Below, piece after piece: positions 31,918-36,694 of a stretch of 36,694 bases of DNA. The stretch lies in the IMG/VR virus record IMGVR_UViG_3300000304_000066; one strand, 5' to 3'. Source of the DNA: an uncultured virus (IMG/VR IMGVR_UViG_3300000304_000066) (lineage: Duplodnaviria > Heunggongvirae > Uroviricota > Caudoviricetes). Positions within the stretch are counted from its first letter, which is position 1; the number at the start of each line of letters is the position of its first letter. The notes below the pieces were generated by a model, which was given only the letters and a program-made list of their open reading frames with translations, made no database searches and was not told where the DNA came from. A program made the translations under genes and the position numbers.

Positions 31918-34900
31918 ATGCAGTGTTTAAATATTAGAAATAAAGAAGTTGCAGCTTTACTTGAGGAATATACCAAAATATTAGGTAATGAAGACGCTGC
32001 ATATTATGTACTATCAGAAAACAATGGTTATGGTTTAGATAAGGCTCCCAATGGGGAGCCGTCTAAGCTATATTCTGATCTCTTGAATCATTACAATGGG
32101 GACCATAATATGGCTATAAAAGCTAAATCCCAAGTATATACAGATAGTTTTAAAAATTGGTTTGGTGATTGGACAGGATTAACAAACTCAAAGGATATTG
32201 ATTATAATGAAGCTGTTGATTTTTTATTTGAAATAAATCCAGAATTACAAAATGTAGGGACTAAAACAGAATATAAACAATATATTAAGACAATATTTCC
32301 AAATTCTATTTTAGATACAATTTATTGGCATGGGACAGATTCTGATTTTTCAGATGGTTTACGTACAGCTAAAAGGGGGAAAGGATCTGGTGCACCAGAA
32401 ACACAAAATGAAATGTATTTTAATAGACAACCTTGGGCTTCGTTGCAGTACATTTCTGGAGTAAATCGAAAAATAGCAGATACAGAAGGATTTAGTAATT
32501 GGGTTAAGTTATGGTGGGAACTTAAGGAAGCGTTGGGTAATGGTAGAATGGATACCGAGGATTGGAAAAATGAAATTATTGGACCAAATATAAGGCAATA
32601 TTCTCCTAATAAACGTGGGATATTCGATCGCGATAAAGGTGGTACTCACGGAAAATATTTATCGGAAAGAAAAGCCAGATACGGATACGAAAATAAATCA
32701 GATAAAGAATTTTTTGAAGAAGTATTTGATATCCGTTATGGAAAAGAAACATTTAACGATTGGATAAATAGAAAAAGAAATGAATTTAAAAATATTTGGA
32801 ATAGTCGGGAAGTTAAGAAAGGTATTATACCAGCTGTTCTAAACATTCAAAATCCAATTGTAGAAAAAGGTCAAAATACTTATTATGAAGAACAAAGAGG
32901 CTTATTCACCAAAGCTAAACAAAATAATAATGACGCTATATTATCAAATGAATCTAAAAATGAATTTGGTTCTGATGTAGCAATAGTGTTTGACCCCATT
33001 AAAAATGTTCATTTCTTAGGTACAAAAAGTGATATTGAAAATTTCAAAAAATGGAAAAGTAATAATCAAGTATCCAAAGTAGTAGATGAAAATGGGGAGC
33101 CTTTGATTGTATATCATACTGTAAATCCTAATTACGATGCTAGTTTTGAAGTATTTGACACCAACATAGAAGATTACGATGGTATAATATATAATGATAT
33201 TAAAGATTACGGTGGTGGAACTAGCGCTTTTCAACAAATGACTCCTCATAATGTATTTGTAGCTAAGAATCCAAATCAAATAAAATCAGTAGACAATCAA
33301 GGAACTTTCTCTACTCAGGACAATAACATATATAGAGATACTNNNNNNNNNNNNNNNNNNNNNNNNNNNNNNNNNNNNNNNNNNNNNNNNNNNNNNNNNN
33401 NNNNNNNNNNNNNNNNNNNNNNNNNNNNNNNNNNNNNNNNGACGATCCGTATGTAATTCAAAATAGAATTTTTAATTTAGATAATGCGTACAATGATATA
33501 AGTTCTTATAAAGATTTACATAGTTTTGCATTTGATTATAAAAGTGATGCCTGGAATTATATAAGATCTAAAGGGTGGACAGATGTAGCATATGTTTATT
33601 CTGATAGAGGTAGATTTAGAATAGGTAGAAAAAGTAAGAAAAGTATAGAGCAAACAAGAAATCTCTTGCAAGAATCTTTAAATGATTCTTACTACAGAAG
33701 TCTTTCAGAAGATGAAATATTATCTAACCAAATGCTTGAAGAACAAGAAGCATTTGCTATGCCTAATAATGAGGATTATGAAGCTTATTTAAATTCAGAG
33801 GAATCTAGAGTACTGCCTATATGGGAAACTCCTGATAAAATATTCCAAAGTAATGGTAATATTATAGAGGAAAATGCTCAAGGTAGTGACAAAGACTTAA
33901 CTAATAGAATATTCAAAGGTAAATCTATAATTACTGCTGCAGAAGCATTAGCTGAGATTAAAAAGAATCCTGCAGTAAGTAGATTGGCTGAGCAACTAGA
34001 ATTACTTTTAAATGATATTCTTTCTGATACAAAAATTGCATATTTACCAGAAGGATCTAGAGAAACTGGTGCATCTGCTTTTTATTACCACAATAATGGT
34101 AATATAGTAGTGTTTGGTGATGCTTCATTTAAAGGTAAAAATGGTTTAGCAGATACTACCATATTACATGAATTAGTACATGCTGCTACTATAAATAAAT
34201 TAAAGAGTAATCCAGAAGCATACGAATCTGCTCAAAGAATATTAGATTCTGCAAGAAGACAATTATCAGAAAAATATGGTACATCGTGGGAAGACTTAGT
34301 AAATAGATCCCCAAATATGTACGGTCTATCTAATGTATATGAATTCTTTTCAGAGGTATATTCAAATGCTGCATTTATATACGAATTAAGTTCTTTAGAA
34401 GCTGAAGGTGAAGTTAAGCCTCTTAATTTCTTACAGGGTATTGTTAAATGGTTACTTAATTTGTTTAGACCTGGTAAGATTAATAATACATTATATGAAC
34501 AAGCTGCTGCAGAATTGGAAGATGTAATGTTTAATTTACATAATCCAATGGATATAATTGATTATGACGCATATAAAAATGCATTAGACACCGACAAATC
34601 AGTTATANNNNNNNNNNNNNNNNNNNNNNNNNNNNNNNNNNNNNNNNNNNNNNNNNNNNNNNNNNNNNNNNNNNNNNNNNNNNNNNNNNNNNNNNNNNNN
34701 NGCATCAAATCAACGTACTAATGATACTGTCAAAATAAAATCATTATTGCATGAAAATTCTAAAAGGATTTCTTTTGCAGAAGATTCTCACACATATACA
34801 AATGTAGAGACAGGTGAAATATATACTCCTGTTACTGTGGTAAAAGATTTACATGGGTATGGTGCAGATACTTCAGTTATGTCTGACGAAGACTTAGCTT

Positions 34901-36694
34901 ATGGTCAATTCGCAGCCAAAGTAGGTACAGCTATACATAATGAGTTACATTATTTGCTTATTGGTGAAAAAGGCACTAAATCAGAAGTAAAATTGTCACC
35001 TGAAGCAAAGAAAATGGTAAAAAATGTAGTATTACCTAGGATATTAAAGAAAGGAGAAGAAGTAGTAGCATCTGAGCAAATTGTAGTAAATGACGAAGCT
35101 AAAATTGCTGGTACAGTAGACTTTATTAAAAAAGATAAAGATGGTAATATTCATTTGTTAGACTTTAAAACCAAAGCTAGAACAGTAGGTAGTAAAGCTA
35201 AATATGGTTTTGATTATTATTTTAGTTCTAAAAAAGAAACTAAGAAAGGTGGCAAACCAGATTCTGATAGACATGAATATCAGCTTACTATGTACAAACG
35301 TATGCTTGAATTAGCTGGAGTACAAGTAGACAGTAAAGAAATTGTACCGTTAGAATATACTGTTACTGAGGACGGTGTAGTCACTGAAGTATGGATACCA
35401 CCTTTGGATTATGCTCAGGAAGATGGTACTATATATCATAGAACCAATAATGCCTTGGAAAAGGAAATAAATGATACAGTATTAACTCCAGATCCTATAG
35501 AATCCCAAGTAAATACAGATAACTTGGTTCGTCAATCTGAAATTGTTGATAATATACTTAAGACATTAAAGAATCAATTAGCAATATACAGAGTAAGAGG
35601 TAATACCACTAAAGCTGAGGTATTACGTAAATTCATAGATTCTTTAAATTCTAAGGAAGAAGATGAAGTAATAGTAGAATACATAAATACGGCATTGAAC
35701 TTATTAAAACCGTTGATTGATACTTATAATGCTAATTTAGAATCTGAAAGAACTGGTCAAAATAATGTATGGAATCTACGTACATTGGAATCTTGGAAGA
35801 ATTACGCTGAATCATTCTATAATTTAGATGATATACAAGACTATTTGTTTGTAAATCCTGAAGCCTTATCCAATTTATCAAAAACTAGTGCCGAATCTAT
35901 TAGACAGGCATTAGCTACAGCTATTTCATATAAAAATGCATTAGAAAATGCATATAAAAATAAAGGTGAATCTCAATGGTTAGAATGGTTAACTCCATTT
36001 ACTACAAGAATAGAGGCAGAGTATAGAGAAGAAGCTGAAAGACAGTATAAGAAAGAAAATAAAGATACTGATAAACTTAACGATACTGTTGCTATGAATA
36101 ATTATATAAACAATTATATAGCATCACATCGTAGTGAGATTAATAATAAAAGTAGGGAATTAATAAGGCAACAAAGTAAAATATCTACTACCAGTCCATT
36201 GAATGCTGTAAGTAGATGGATGGACACTATATTTGAAAGCGCTGATCCTATAGTAGGAGCTATGGCTAGGGCATATCATACTCAATGGACAGAAGCTAAT
36301 ATGGAATTCAATGCTTTGTATAGAAAACTCGTAGATCTTACTAGGGAATTAGAAAATGCTTACCCCACTTTTAAAAACAATCCTGAAAAGTTATACAGTT
36401 TTATGATTGAACAGGATGAAGCAGGTTCTCGTTTAGTATCCCATTTACCTTCTACTTTTATTGAAGCATATGATAAAGCTAAGCGCGATATAAACAGCAA
36501 TCCTAATTATGAGACGTCAAAAGACAAAGCTGTAGCAATTGCAACTTGGTTAAATGAAAATGCTCCTATTAAAGGTAAGGTTGCTCTAGATAAAAAGAAA
36601 TTGAATGTAATAGATAGATTACTTTCTGAAGGTAAAATAGATCAAAACCAACACAAAATATTAATAAATAATGAGAAAAGAGATTATCATTTAA
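31918..36694 (+). CDS. Giant polyvalent virion protein, 3'-truncated: ART-like domains, zincin peptidase (HELVH), PD-(D/E)XK nuclease, helical region
   Basis: ATG 2 nt after RNAP stop; APNGEPSKLY, FKNWFGDW, YWHGT, SKVVDENGEPLIVYH, NPNQIKS motifs; frames reopen at 33441 and 34702; HELVH at 34167-34181; GTAIH...E...IAGTVDFI...LLDFKT...YQLTMY at ~34920-35300; no stop to window end. Confidence 0.8.
34702..36694 (+). CDS. Segment absent from ORF track: PD-(D/E)XK nuclease domain and downstream helical region of the polyvalent protein
   Basis: Manual translation: ...EDSHTYTNVETGEIYTPVT...KVGTAIHNELH...ASEQIVVNDEAKIAGTVDFIKKDKDGNIHLLDFKTK...HEYQLTMYKRMLE; open to the end of the window. Confidence 0.85.

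Larger units (their letters stand above)
16856..34701. other. Nine assembly gaps (N runs): 16856-16942, 19765-19860, 22092-22187, 22379-22478, 25172-25269, 25843-25956, 30315-30415, 33343-33440, 34608-34701
   Basis: Directly visible; they cause the apparent frameshifts and fragmentation in the ORF track. Confidence 0.98.
1..36694 (+). mobile_element. crAss-like bacteriophage (Crassvirales) genome segment: tail / cargo / virion RNA polymerase region
   Basis: All long ORFs are tightly packed on + strand. Order ring protein - HU/IHF-like - tail tubular - tail stabilisation - cargo proteins - giant DxDxD RNAP - giant zincin/nuclease protein matches the known crAss-like late gene block; AT-rich sequence. 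Confidence 0.93.

Noticed and set aside
259..33279. Short minus-strand and alternate-frame ORFs in the track (e.g. 673-1002, 3251-3625, 4295-4480, 14010-14450, 23665-23988)
   Set aside because: They are shadows of long + strand genes or of the VR/TR, with no recognisable motifs.
19765..34701. Programmed frameshifts or pseudogenisation in the giant genes
   Set aside because: Every frame change other than the intron coincides with an N run of uncertain true length.
34920..35310. Cas4 / CRISPR association of the PD-(D/E)XK domain
   Set aside because: No Fe-S cysteine cluster, no cas genes and no repeat-spacer array in the window.
1..36694. Stop-codon reassignment (TAG=Gln or TGA=Trp), known in some crAss-like phages
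   Set aside because: Long genes are open in the standard code; breaks are explained by N gaps and the intron. The only TAG (9997) and TGA (6635) gene ends overlap the next start and behave as real stops.

Overview
The window is a gapped (nine N-runs, 87-114 nt each), AT-rich, single-strand (+) stretch of the late/structural region of a crAss-like phage (Crassvirales; likely Bacteroidota host), read in the standard genetic code. From left to right it holds: (i) a four-gene Cys/Gly-rich module of unknown function closed by a terminator (1-2690); (ii) a compact diversity-generating retroelement: tail-fibre/receptor-binding target gene with a C-terminal VR (4301-4394), TR (4443-4536; 27 mismatches to VR, all at TR adenines), structured spacer RNA, and a reverse transcriptase with a ~90-aa C-terminal extension but no recognisable avd gene; (iii) DUF5675, ring, HU/IHF-like, tail tubular and tail stabilisation (muzzle) genes; (iv) two ejection/cargo genes; (v) a probable ~4,500-aa virion RNA polymerase polyprotein (18027-31915), whose catalytic D-F-D-V-D motif is split by a 272-nt ORF-less group I intron (28732-29003); (vi) a second giant polyvalent protein (31918 to beyond the window end) with nested ADP-ribosyltransferase-like, zincin and PD-(D/E)XK nuclease domains. 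Family assignments come from motif recognition and gene order, not database searches.
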